DNA of 63,827 nt, counting the filler, from Octopus bimaculoides (lineage: Eukaryota), in NCBI RefSeq assembly GCF_001194135.2. It is 5 parts of 5 records of this genome, joined end to end, with 100 filler letters (N's around TTAATTAATTAA, not from the genome) between each part and the next. Parts side by side here need not be neighbours in the genome. Positions count along the whole stretch, not along the records: positions 45,677 to 59,034 come from NC_068982.1; positions 59,135 to 63,827 come from NW_026307425.1; 3 more parts are not named here. One strand, 5' to 3'. Both the position numbers and the translations under genes were made by a program. Positions 52,325-63,827 of the stretch are shown here, one piece after another (positions within the stretch are counted from its first letter, which is position 1; the number at the start of each line of letters is the position of its first letter). The notes under the pieces are model-generated. The model did no database searches and had not been told where the DNA came from. It saw only the letters and a list, made by a program, of their open reading frames with translations.

Positions 52325-52745
52325 CTTTTACACGTTTCAATCATTCGACTGCGGCCATGCTGGGGCACTACTTTGGAGGGTTCTAGTTGAACAAATCGAT
52401 CACTGCTTATTTTATCGCTTCTTTTTGTAGAACCGTTAAGTTGCGTGAACGTGAACAAACCAACACCACTTGTCAAGTGGTTGTCATGGTGGTGGTGGAA
52501 CAAAGACACACGCACACATGCACATTCACATGCATACACACACGCGCACACATGCACACACACATGCATACACATATGCACACACACACATGCACACACA
52601 CACACTCGTATAGGAGGTCTTCCACACAGTTTCCGCCAACGAGATTCACCCACAAAATTATTTGTCGGCCTGGGGCTATAATAGAAGATGCTTTCCCACG
52701 GTGCGGCGTAGTGAGATTGAACCTAAATCCATGCGGTTACAAAGT
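52325..52745 (-). mobile_element. tRNA-derived SINE family A, near full-length
   Basis: Colinear with 27559-27925 on the minus strand, including the internal (CA)n tract. Confidence 0.75.
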
Positions 52746-52995
52746 AAGTTTGTTTTATGTTTTAAACTTCCCCCAGAGGGAGTTCTTTTCTTCTAATTGT
52801 AACGATAGTATCAGTTAATCGAAGTTTTACAAGCCACTGCATAACATGCTCGAGACATCCTTGTTTCTGAATTTTTCCGATGCACAAAACTGTAGAAGAA
52901 AAGAAAGGTGTATTGTCGATATAACTGGCCACAGTGTATTACTGGTACTGCACTTTGTCATCCCCGAAGGAATGAGTAACAAAACTAACTTTCAG

Positions 52996-53176
52996 TTCTA
53001 TATTTAAGAGATGAGGAATTACGTACATTATTTACATTATTTACATTTGACAGATATTTATCCTCATCTTGTTTGTTGTTAACACAACGTTTCGGCTGAT
53101 ATACCCTCCAGCCTTCATCAGGTGTCTGGGGGAAATTTCGAACCTGGGTTCTCATTCCTAAGCTATTTTTCAATGT
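52996..53176 (-). mobile_element. Hammerhead-tail SINE copy without head; tail abuts a (TAC)n/(TGC)n microsatellite
   Basis: Near-identical to 43897-44070. Confidence 0.85.
53081..53126 (-). ncRNA. Minimal type I hammerhead ribozyme motif
   Basis: Same fold as 43973-44018 with all core nucleotides intact. Confidence 0.75.
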
Positions 53177-53234
<58 letters not shown>

Positions 53235-53249
53235 GCTACTGCTACTGCT

Positions 53250-53282
<33 letters not shown>

Positions 53283-53759
53283 ACAACATATTTAGCTACA
53301 ATTTCTAGCAGTCCACTAGAACGAGACAGAAGCTACATCTTTGACTAATGTCTGTTTTTCCTTGCTGTGCAATTCATGTCTTTTAAGCATTCGTTATAAT
53401 TCTTTAATCATTAACCATTAAGCGAGCAATGTAGAACATGCAACCAATTTCTGGCAAGCTGAATTCGTGACGAGGTTTTTGTTTCTAGTTGGAACCATTT
53501 CACTCAACACCTTTGGGAAATGAATGAATTCTACAACATCCCTGTCTCCTAAAAACATAAACCCCTCAAACGTAACGAGGGATGTCACTATTCGGTCAGT
53601 TCACATGCTAAAAATAATAGCCAAATCTCCCTCTAATCACACACCTAACGTTTATAAAATGGAAGGATACACATGTATTACATAATATAGTCACAGAAAG
53701 TAAAATGCGATTGTCACGGTTGGAAGATGTTCGATTATAGGTCTTCACGATCGACAAGA

Positions 53760-54055
53760 GTTTTTTTTTTACTGGAGCTGAAGGAAGGGAGAATACCTAA
53801 TGGTATTGCAGGCCCTCCCAATCTGGTATGATTGATGATATAAATGTTCCACTTGTAAGTCAATACTTATGGTAAAGACATGAGCAGGGAGGAAATTCAA
53901 GAGGGATGAGGTTCCGGGGAGGAAAGACTGGGTATAGGTATTAGTGAAGGGTTCGAAGGGAGAGGGAACAGTTGGATACAGCAAGGGTGATTGGAGCAGG
54001 AGAGACAAATGGGTGGAAGATACCTGAGTGGAAGGTAGCATAAGGCCAACCAGTT
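53760..54055 (-). mobile_element. CR1/L2-like LINE 3' end
   Basis: YTQSFLPGTSSLLNFLPAHVF resembles the SFFPRT..WNxLP C-terminal motif; poly-A on the minus strand at 53760-53770. Confidence 0.6.
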
Positions 54056-54079
54056 CTGAGGATCAAAGGCTGTTTGTTA

Positions 54080-54305
54080 TACGAGGGTGAGTCAGAAAGT
54101 AATGGCATTTTGTTTAGGACAGGTATAATTATCAACACAGGAACATGTATCATACATCAAAATGAAGCTGGTCTTCTGTGGATCACATTGCTACTTCTCA
54201 ACATAGTCACCGTTTCTCTCAATGGCAATGTTCCACCTTCGAATGAGAGCATATATCCCTGCCCCGTAAAATTCTGACTCTCTTTTGTCATGAATGAAAT
54301 TGGGA
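54080..54305 (-). mobile_element. mariner transposon 3' end (transposase C-terminus + TIR)
   Basis: EFYGAGIYALIRRWNIAIERNGDYVEK* is a mariner C-terminus; TA followed by CGAGGGTGAGTCAGAAAGTA terminal repeat. Confidence 0.82.
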
Positions 54306-54309
54306 TTGC

Positions 54310-54613
54310 ACCTAGACAGTTCACCTGCGAAGCACAAGTCTAGGCAAGGTTGTTTATGGAAGGCCAGCAGTCGCCCATGTATACCAGCCTCCCCTCTCCA
54401 CGCCACTGATGTTATCCAAGGGAAAGGCAAAGGGGCCGATACAGCTTGGCACCAATGATGTCGCAACTCATTTCTGCAGCTGAGTGAACTGGAGCAACGT
54501 GAAATAAAGTGTCTTGCTCAAGAACACAACACGCACAATACGCAGTCCGGGAATAGAACTCACTGCATCATGGTTGTGAACTCGACGCTCTAACCATTGA
54601 GGCATACGCCTCC
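54310..54613 (-). mobile_element. tRNA-derived SINE family C, interrupting the mariner remnant
   Basis: Minus strand head ggaggcgtatgcctcaatggttagagcg..gagttctattcccgg, then tgttcttgagcaagacactttatttcac body. Confidence 0.72.
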
Positions 54614-55986
54614 CCCGCCATATACATGTGTGTGTGAGTGTGTATGTATGTATATATGTATGCATGTATGTGTGTTTTTGCGTGTCTTTGTCCCCCATAA
54701 GTGCTTTACAACCGATGGTGGTGTGTTTACGTCTAATGCCTGAAACAAGTAAAAGATGGAAGACAAAAGACAGTCCGGATACCAGGAAATCTGTCCAAAC
54801 CGAGCCGTCGCTTTTTTCGCATTGGGTGGTCACCATTCCGGCACAACGGACACGTGATTAGAATGTCACAGAAAAAGAATCACATGATGGCTTGTTGAAG
54901 CTGAGCCAACGGGTGTAGACCAAAAACTAAATGGTTGGATGATATCCACAGGACTCTGTCCGGGGGGGGGGCGGTGTTGGTGCTGGAGGACTTTAAGCCC
55001 CATGACCATCCCAGAAATTGTAGGCGGAGGAGATGGAGCGGTAAGTCCTCATTACACACACACACACACACACANNNNNNNNNNNNNNNNNNNNNNNNNN
55101 NNNNNNNNNNNNNNNNNNNNNNNNNNNNNNNNNNNNNNNNNNNNNNNNNNNNNNNNNNNNNNNNNNNNNNNNNNNNNNNNNNNNNNNNNNNNNNNNNNNN
55201 NNNNNNNNNNNNNNNNNNNNNNNNNNNNNNNNNNNNNNNNNNNNNNNNNNNNNNNNNNNNNNNNNNNNNNNNNNNNNNNNNNNNNNNNNNNNNNNNNNNN
55301 NNNNNNNNNNNNNNNNNNNNNNNNNNNNNNNNNNNNNNNNNNNNNNNNNNNNNNNNNNNNNNNNNNNNNNNNNNNNNNNNNNNNNNNNNNNNNNNNNNNN
55401 NNNNNNNNNNNNNNNNNNNNNNNNNNNNNNNNNNNNNNNNNNNNNNNNNNNNNNNNNNNNNNNNNNNNNNNNNNNNNNNNNNNNNNNNNNNNNNNNNNNN
55501 NNNNNNNNNNNNNNNNNNNNNNNNNNNNNNNNNNNNNNNNNNNNNNNNNNNNNNNNNNNNNNNNNNNNNNNNNNNNNNNNNNNNNNNNNNNNNNNNNNNN
55601 NNNNNNNNNNNNNNNNNNNNNNNNNNNNNNNNNNNNNNNNNNNNNNNNNNNNNNNNNNNNNNNNNNNNNNNNNNNNNNNNNNNNNNNNNNNNNNNNNNNN
55701 NNNNNNNNNNNNNNNNNNNNNNNNNNNNNNNNNNNNNNNNNNNNNNNNNNNNNNNNNNNNNNNNNNNNNNNNNNNNNNNNNNNNNNNNNNNNNNNNNNNN
55801 NNNNNNNNNNNNNNNNNNNNNNNNNNNNNNNNNNNNNNNNNNNNNNNNNNNNNNNNNNNNNNCTGAGAGGTGGGGTGAGATGTAGTGGGTAGTGATGGGG
55901 GTAGTGCTGGTGGGTAGGGTTATATGGCGGTAGGTGGCGGTGGTGGTAATGGGGTGGTGCTTGCTGATGGTTGGTAGTGACGATGA

Positions 55987-56018
<32 letters not shown>

Positions 56019-57479
56019 ATGATGGTGAAGATGATAATAATGAGGAAGATGGTGATGATGATGGTGACGATCAGAGAAGGGTAATGATGGGGGTAGTGAG
56101 AGGATGGTAGCAATGGTAGGTCAGTCATTGTAGCGATACCAGTGGTAATTGTAGTAGTGATGATAGTGGTAGTAGTAGTGGTTGTCGTAGTGATGGTGTG
56201 GATAATAGTGGTGATATGGTGGTGGTGGTGGTGGTGGTAGTAGTAGTGATGCTGGTAATACTACTGTTGATGATAATAGTGGTGATGGTGGTGGTAGTTA
56301 AGTCAGTCTTGATTCAACGGAAATACAAACGCACCTCCCACACACATTCCACACACATACCACACACACATGTTTCGTCTATCAGGACATTTGTTAGTTA
56401 CGAATACTCTCAACAATTAATTAAACATTAAACAGGGCTATGAACAACGTCTGTATAAAACTGATANNNNNNNNNNNNNNNNNNNNNNNNNNNNNNNNNN
56501 NNNNNNNNNNNNNNNNNNNNNNNNNNNNNNNNNNNNNNNNNNNNNNNNNNNNNNNNNNNNNNNNNNNNNNNNNNNNNNNNNNNNNNNNNNNNNNNNNNNN
56601 NNNNNNNNNNNNNNNNNNNNNNNNNNNNNNNNNNNNNNNNNNNNNNNCAATTAATTAAACATTAAACAGGGCTATGAACAACGTCTGTATAAAACTGATA
56701 CGCAGAGAAAATGAATACACCATACAAAAATATATGGAGTAACATATTGGGACATCTCGATGTTTCTATAACTACTCATTCCTGCAGCCGGTGTAGAAAG
56801 CGACAATTTCCTATGAAGACTTACAAGAAAATAGCAGTCAGTCACGAGGGGTTGAATATTAACGGAACAGAACGAACATAGGGATAAAGCAAGTGTACTT
56901 ATATACAACGAAAAATATCTTACTGAGCTAACAGCTTAGAATGATTTACTTAATAGACCGTCATACTTTTATCCCTGGACTGCGGCCAAGCTAAAGCACT
57001 GTCTTGATGGGTTTAGCCGACCAAATCCAGCCAAGTATTTACATTTCTTTTTTTAAAGGATAGTACTTAATCTCGTCCCTTCAGCTAGGCTGAAATAATT
57101 AATACATTCTTCCTGGAGTGAATAAAAAATTCTCAAACTTGAGGAGATGGATCCCTTAAATACTAACATGGGCCCCCATATATGGATTCTAATGGCGCAG
57201 GGGCCCACTTGCATCGGGCAAGCTGGCAACCTGGCCAGTTCGCCACTGGGTACAAGAGGTAAATCACAGATCTGTTATTTTCGTATGATTTCCATGTGAT
57301 TCCAGCCGTTTCATAATATACTCATGCAGTATTATCAACTTTGATATTAAAGCTAAATACGGATATCGATGTAAAAATGTATGTATTAATTTGTAATGCT
57401 AAAATTCATAACACTACATTTAGAAATCTTAGAAAGGCTGTAATCATATGAAATCATTATTTCTACTCTAGCCACAGGG

Positions 57480-57652
57480 GAAGGGGGCTAGTCGATTATA
57501 TCGAACCCAGTGCGTAACTGGTACTTAATTTATCGACCCCAAAAGGATGAAAGGTAAAGTCGACCTCGGCGGAGTTTGAACTCAAAACGTAGCAACAGGC
57601 GAAATACCGCTAAGCATTTCGTCTAGTGTGCCAACGGTTCTGCCAGCTCACC
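57480..57652 (-). mobile_element. tRNA-derived SINE family B
   Basis: Reverse complement of the family B consensus; another minus copy at 50510-50650. Confidence 0.8.
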
Positions 57653-57799
57653 TCCTAACCATATGGAAATAATAAATAACGGAACCACCTCTCATACCGC
57701 CTGATTATATGTACGTATGTATGTATATACACGGCTATATAAACATATATATACACACATATATATATATACATATGTACATACATATATATGTGTGTT

Positions 57800-57841
<42 letters not shown>

Positions 57842-57859
57842 GAATTTACAATAAAAAAA

Positions 57860-57975
57860 AAAGTCGAAGACGGGTGTGTAAACAACAAACAGTTGTATTA
57901 GTTTAACGCTCGGGAAGTGAGAAAGTCTTTTATGTTTCGAGCCTACGGTCTTCGACATAAAGGAAAACAGAAATA
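57860..57975 (-). repeat. Interspersed repeat with hammerhead-like fold (second family); + strand copy at 340-440
   Basis: Both copies share GA(G/C)C-gtag-GCT(C/G)-GAAA(C/T)-(G/A)TW-AAAGAC...ttcccgagcgtta(t/a)actaata..tgtttgttgt. Confidence 0.7.
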
Positions 57976-58194
57976 CAAAAAAGTTTAGAAAAGTTCAAAA
58001 GGTTCAAACGTCGTGGTGTATTGGAACGATTTCTCATCAAAGGAAGATTCCAGTGTAATCCATGGGTGGGAGAGGTGCAGCCGAAGTGTAGGAGTCCAGG
58101 TGTAGGAGAGTAGAAGAAAGTCCAGGTAGAGAATCCAGGTAGAATCGTCCAAGAAAAGTTCGAAGTGGAGGTGGAGACTACAGTTTACTGAAAA

Positions 58195-58815
58195 TGAAAA
58201 AGAGAAGATTCTTTCACTGAAAGTGGAAGGAATGAATAACCGGAAAATTGCCGGGAAGATTCGACGAAGTAGAAAGCCAATGGACAATATCTGCCAATGG
58301 GGAGCTGCCACGTGTTGTTATAGATGGCTGTTTCAATGCTGCACGATACATCAACATGTTGGATGGCGCTCAGATTGACGAAGAAGGAAGAAGACTCCAT
58401 GGCAAGAACTTCATAATTCAACAGGACAATGCTCCTACTCAAAGAGCATGCAATAGGGGTTGAAATCAGCAAGAAGTCCGACCTTAATCCTATAGAGAAC
58501 GCCTGGGGATTATCTCATGAATGTTATGTGCAGCGAAGGCGAGCAGTAGTCATCTGTTGACGAACTTGAAACAGCAACAAAGAAATCTCGGGAAGATCTT
58601 CCACTTGATCTGCTTCAGAATTTGATTGGAAGCCTGATATCACGTGTCTTTGAAGTAATCCAGAAAGACCGTGGTCAAACACACTATTGTTGATGCATAG
58701 TATAAAAATATCATTAAAACATATCATAATTTCCCTGTTTTGCATGAATTTTGCAACATTATTCAACCTGACGTTATAGTTTTGAACAGACGGGGTTTCT
58801 GACTGTGTAAGTTTT
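58195..58815 (+). mobile_element. Tc1-family transposon remnant, internally deleted
   Basis: KEKILSLKVEGMNNRKIAGKIRRS (HTH), FIIQQDNAP, PDLNPIENAWG, QNLIGSLISRVFEVIQKDRGQTHY. Confidence 0.82.
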
Positions 58816-58992
58816 TTTTATTATCTAATTTATTTAATTTATTTCTGGATTTCAATAAATTTGAATATTACAATGCCTTCTTCTATTTCATTTCCTGTCT
58901 AGAGGTGAGTTTCATGAATTTGGATTGTGTAGTTAGAAAAAGAAAAACAGACAGTGCGCTGGCTTCATAGTTTTGAAGAGCAGTTTATATAC

Positions 58993-59034
<42 letters not shown>

Positions 59035-59134
59035 NNNNNNNNNNNNNNNNNNNNNNNNNNNNNNNNNNNNNNNNNNNNTTAATTAATTAANNNNNNNNNN
59101 NNNNNNNNNNNNNNNNNNNNNNNNNNNNNNNNNN
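59035..59134. other. Artificial scaffold spacer N44-TTAATTAATTAA-N44
   Basis: Linker at 59079-59090. Confidence 0.95.
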
Positions 59135-59346
59135 GCTTGATGCCTCTGTAATTATTTGTATCTAAAGCGTCACCTTTACCTTTGTAGCAGTTGACTATGA
59201 TGCTGCTACACCAGTCATTGGGTATGACTCCTTCGTGTATCACCTGGTTCGTAATACGGGTGACTAGGCTATAGCCAACACTGCCAGATATTTTGAGCAT
59301 CTCTGCAGTGATTCCTGATGGGCCGGGGGCTTTCCCTGTCTTCATA
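59135..59346 (-). mobile_element. RTE-type LINE RT fragment
   Basis: [48 protein letters not shown]. Confidence 0.85.
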
Positions 59347-60341
59347 CTCTTAAATATATATATATATATGTATATATGCGAGTAAAAATAAATACAAAAA
59401 AGGGGGGGGGTGTATGATTGTGTATAGAGGAATATATTATTTTGTTTAAAAGAGTTCCAACACTATATAGCTTATTTCCAGGTAACATATACTCAAATTA
59501 AATATATATATATATATATATGAGGTAGTGTATGGGAGAGGCAAGAGAGAGAGGAGTTAAGCTGGAAGCCAGAAGAGATGATGAGCAGTCATTTGTTTAC
59601 CTTTTCTCACCACCAATTTGATGGTATTACGGTTCAGGGTCGAAACACCCGTTGATTGTTTGCAAACCGTCGAATGACATCAGCTCCATCTCGTCAAAGC
59701 CCCATTCACTTTGGTAAGTGGAAAAGAATCACCTTCTGTTAGGTGTTATCGATAACATACATATTTACATGTATAACAAACGTACGCAGTACAGAACATG
59801 TATGTATGTATGTACGTACGTATGTCGCACCATCCATGTTTGATCTTGTTTGGTACCAACTACTTTTATGAGAACTTCAATAAAACTTTTCTTTTTCTCG
59901 TTTTCTTTCCTTCTTCACTGTCACCACGTAAACTTTTCATTAATTAACAAGTACTAAATAATTAATATTGACTTTTTACAATATAATATTAATGTAAGAC
60001 AGGACAAGAGAGAGAGAGAGGACGGCCCAAAGTTGTTGCTGGTGACCTACTAATTAAACTTACTACAGTTAATTTAGAAATAGTTTAAAAATTTTCATTA
60101 TTTAAAATCTCTCAGCACTTTCAACATTTGTTGGGTTTTATATTAAAATATGGTGAAAAAGCAGAAATAAACTTTAGTAAATTGAGAGACGATTATCAAG
60201 TTTCACTTTTGTTTTTGCTATAAATTTATTTCGTCCTACATATTTGTGTGCAGACGTGTATATGTCATTGTGTATCTGTACGTATATGTTATATGTTTGT
60301 GTGAATCCATGTGTGTGCGTGTGTGTATATATACATATATT

Positions 60342-60377
<36 letters not shown>

Positions 60378-61480
60378 AATGTAAGATCTAGGGATCGGGG
60401 TGTAGGAATAAAGTTAACTTCAAGCAATCCGTAGTAATTATATATATTAAAAAAAACAACTTTAGGGAGAATAGTGGTTTATTGAGACAGAAAGTTGTGG
60501 AATTTTTTCGTAACTCTTGTATATAAATATTTGTATGAATGTGTTTGTGTGCGTATTTCCTACATATATGTAGGTGGTCCTATTAAGTTAGACATCGCCT
60601 GGGCCTATACTAGCCGAAACCTATCAAAGTTATCGAAGTTAAAGTTATATGTGACTGAGTGTGGGTGTTCGTGTAGTTGTCTATACATACATAAGTTATA
60701 TATATTTAACTGTGTTTAAATACTTATATTTTGCAATATCCACGTATGAAGATGTACATTATACACAGCTGTATGTGTAGCGTATATTAGACATAANNNN
60801 NNNNNNNNNNNNNNNNNNNNNNNNNNNNNNNNNNNNNNNNNNNNNNNNNNNNNNNNNNNNNNNNNNNNNNNNNNNNNNNNNNNNNNNNNNNNATATATAT
60901 ATATATATATTTATATAACTTATGTATGTATATATATATTTAACTGTGTTTAAATACTTATATTTTGCAATATCCACGTATGAAGATGTACATTATACAC
61001 AGCTGTATGTGTAGCGTATATTAGACATAAGCACCAATCTGAAACAGAAATGGAGCAACAGGCCCCTCTCTCCGCCTCTCAAATGCATATATATATATAT
61101 GTGTGTATAAATATATGCATGTTTATATATTTATCTATTTGTTAATGTATATAATATACATACATACTTTCACATACACATTCCTATACACACACACACA
61201 CAAACAGATCGTATATGTGTATGTGTGTACACGTGCGATGAATTTTGTTTAAAGTAAAGCAATTTTTGCTGATTCAGTTAACTATTTAAATATCATCAAT
61301 CAGCTATTTTCCTTTAATTTTTACTTCTAAAGTGACAATAACTTTATTTATTTATTTTTCTAATATGTATAATCGTTATTTAATGTAATATTTAATCCCT
61401 TTGAAAAGATTAAAAGTTGATTAAATTCAGAGAAACTGTAACAGAGAAAAGTTTTTGCTGATAAAATAAAAGCGAAACTG

Positions 61481-61770
61481 AAAATGGCGTCAATTGTTTT
61501 TGTGAGAAAGTAAAGAAAGAAGGCGTGTGTGTGTGTGAATATGAAAGTGGGAGAGACAAGTTAGTTGGAGGAAATAGTTGTTTATGTGAATGCTTGCTTC
61601 GGTTTAGCAAATAGTAGGCTGGAAATGTAAGGATTGCTTTAAATAAAGCTAGAAGAAAGGGGAGAAGAAATCCATAGGTGAAAGTGACAAAAAGTTTGGT
61701 CGGCCACGTGCTGTGCCATGAAAGACAGGAAACGACCGCCAAAGGTGCCTCTCGCTTTAGTTCCGGTTTT
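61481..61770 (+). promoter_or_regulatory. Candidate promoter region
   Basis: YY1-type AAAATGGCG (61481-61489), E-box CACGTG (61705-61710), ETS-type TTCCGG (61761-61766), locally CpG-richer, 350-640 nt upstream of ATG 62118. Confidence 0.4.
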
Positions 61771-62117
61771 ATTATGCATTTTTTTCAGCTATTTTTTGTT
61801 AAATTCATTCCACCATAACATATTCTCGTTGTCGACGTTAATAACAACTTTTTACTATCACCCATCCTGGTTATTGTATAGGAAGACATTGATAAGGAGA
61901 AAGTTTACAACTTTGAAACCCTCCCTTCTCTATTTGTCATTACTAGAAAGGCGAGGCGACACAGTTTCTCTATAACTTGTTACCGTCCCCGCTCTTCTGC
62001 TGTTTGCCCTCCTTTTTCTTTTTCCTTCTTCGCCTTCACACATGCACGGATTCTGTAGACCATTATAATACACACCCACACAGAAGTATACACAGAGAGA
62101 GACCCTGTAGAAGGTTA

Positions 62118-62490
62118 ATGGCTTCACTTCTACGAGTCTCGGATAGGAATAAACAGAAGAAACAGAAAAACAACTATGGATGGGTGCGCCTAAGTACCTT
62201 TATGGCGGAGGATCAAGATCCATCTCTTGTCGACAAAATGGTAAAGAACACGTCTTCGAGTTCGCCATCTCATCACGAAAACTGTTGTAATGGCCATCAC
62301 CACCACCATCAACAGCAACAACACAACAACAACAACAACAATAATAATAATATTCATAACAACAATGAGAGCAACAAGTCTTCTGGGGAGACCGACCCTG
62401 AAAAAGTTCGGGAAAGTTATGAAACAAATGGTTTATCAGGCGAACAGTCTGAAAAACAACAGGAAACATATTGCAATCACTCTCATACAG
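62118..62490 (+). CDS. Probable first coding exon of an unidentified gene (MASLLRVSDRNKQKKQKNNYGWVRLSTF..., with poly-His/Gln/Asn tract)
   Basis: ATG at 62118 opens 124 codons of non-repeat-element sequence ending at a good donor CAG|GTAAGA (62491); promoter-like motifs upstream; no family motif recognised. Confidence 0.62.
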
Positions 62491-62939
62491 GTAAGACAAA
62501 CATCACCACAAACTTTAACTATTTTTTATTTACATTCATTAACTTAAAACAACTTTAGTAATATCTCTGTCTGAAATATAAACCTTCCGCTTCAAAACGG
62601 TTTTAAAATATCCATTTCTCTATAATAATAGACCATTAAAGGCCAGCCAGTTTTAATGTGTTTAATAGTGAAAGTGCGTACTGGCACCTATTTCAAATCT
62701 GAATTTACTGATTTAATTTATATTTTTTTACTTCTACTGAAATGATTGCGAACAGCAACGAAAGAAAATCGACGGACAAACAACTGATTGATTGTTTAAT
62801 CAACGCGTTTAAATAAACAATCGATTAGTAAGTTCTTTCGATAGTTCACCAATTGATTAATAATAAAGAAGGGGAATTGAACCTGTGCGTGTGTTATTAT
62901 CACTGGACTGATGACGCATCCAAGGCACAACAAAATGCA

Positions 62940-63082
62940 GTTATATGTGTGTGTGTGTGTATATATATATTATATATGTATGTATATATACGTATATTGA
63001 CAAATAGACTTTACTCTGTACCTCTATTACTACTTCTGTGAAAACTAATTGTTTTCTTATGTATGTATATATATATATAAGT

Positions 63083-63113
<31 letters not shown>

Positions 63114-63188
63114 ATGCGTGTGTATATGTATGTGTATATAAATGTATGTGTATATATGTATATGTATATATATATATATGTATGTATG

Positions 63189-63227
<39 letters not shown>

Positions 63228-63465
63228 GTGTGTATATATATATGTATATGTATATATATGTATATATATATATGTATATATATGTATATATATATATGTA
63301 TATATATGTATATATATATATATGTATGTATATATATGTGTATATATGTATGTATATATATGTGTATGTATATATATATATGCATGTATATGTATATATA
63401 TATGTATGTATATATATATATATATGTTTGTATGTACATCTAAATATATGTATGTATATATATTT
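62940..63465. repeat. Long degenerate (AT)/(GT) microsatellite
   Basis: Read directly; many other (AT)n, (CA)n and (TACA)n tracts occur across the window. Confidence 0.95.
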
Positions 63466-63788
63466 TTTCATTTTTTTTCATTTTATCTAGTTTCAGCTCA
63501 TGAGCTGTGGCCATGCTGGGGCACCGCCATTTGGTGTTGCTACATAATTTTACTTCATGAATTTTACTTCAGTAATTGACATTTGGTGCATGAGAGAGTT
63601 TGATGCAGCTGCCCTCATCTGCACCTCTTGCTGCGAAGTTGATTCATCTGGGACACTTGACAGGAAGAGGTCCAGCTTAATTTTGAAGACACCTACACCC
63701 ACCCAATGCAGGTCTCTTATGTCCTTCGGGAGGATACTGAAGAGCTGTGGCCAGGCTATTGCAATATCTTGTCCTACATCTTGATGGC

Positions 63789-63827
<39 letters not shown>

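Noticed and set aside
56414-56700. 53-bp direct duplication
   Set aside because: Identical copies flank an N gap; assembly artefact.
60699-61030. ~98-bp direct duplication
   Set aside because: Identical copies flank an N gap; assembly artefact.

Overview
AT-rich, microsatellite-dense animal genomic DNA. The repeat families suggest an octopod cephalopod, but that is inference. The window is five sequence blocks joined by four identical artificial 100-bp spacers (N44-TTAATTAATTAA-N44), plus ordinary N gaps. The block at 16503-45576 holds 12 phase-compatible + strand exons (16725-44786, 357 whole codons). They encode the N-terminal, double-GRAM half of a TBC1D9/TBC1D8-family Rab-GAP; I could not find exon 1 or the TBC/EF-hand exons in the window. 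A candidate first coding exon of an unidentified + strand gene (62118-62490) follows a promoter-like motif cluster. The rest is decayed mobile DNA: RTE-type, R4/Dong-type and CR1-like LINEs, at least five Penelope-like fragments, Tc1 and mariner remnants, and several tRNA-derived SINE families. The most interesting signal is a ~275-bp non-coding element present in four copies. It joins a Pol III tRNA-type head, a (TAA)n linker and a minimal Penelope-type hammerhead ribozyme tail, and it carries a 5' inverted duplication. This looks like a ribozyme-bearing SINE that may be mobilised by Penelope machinery. One sense copy with an intact catalytic core lies in an inverted pair ~375 nt upstream of a TBC1D9 exon. 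Two further hammerhead-like motif types were also found.
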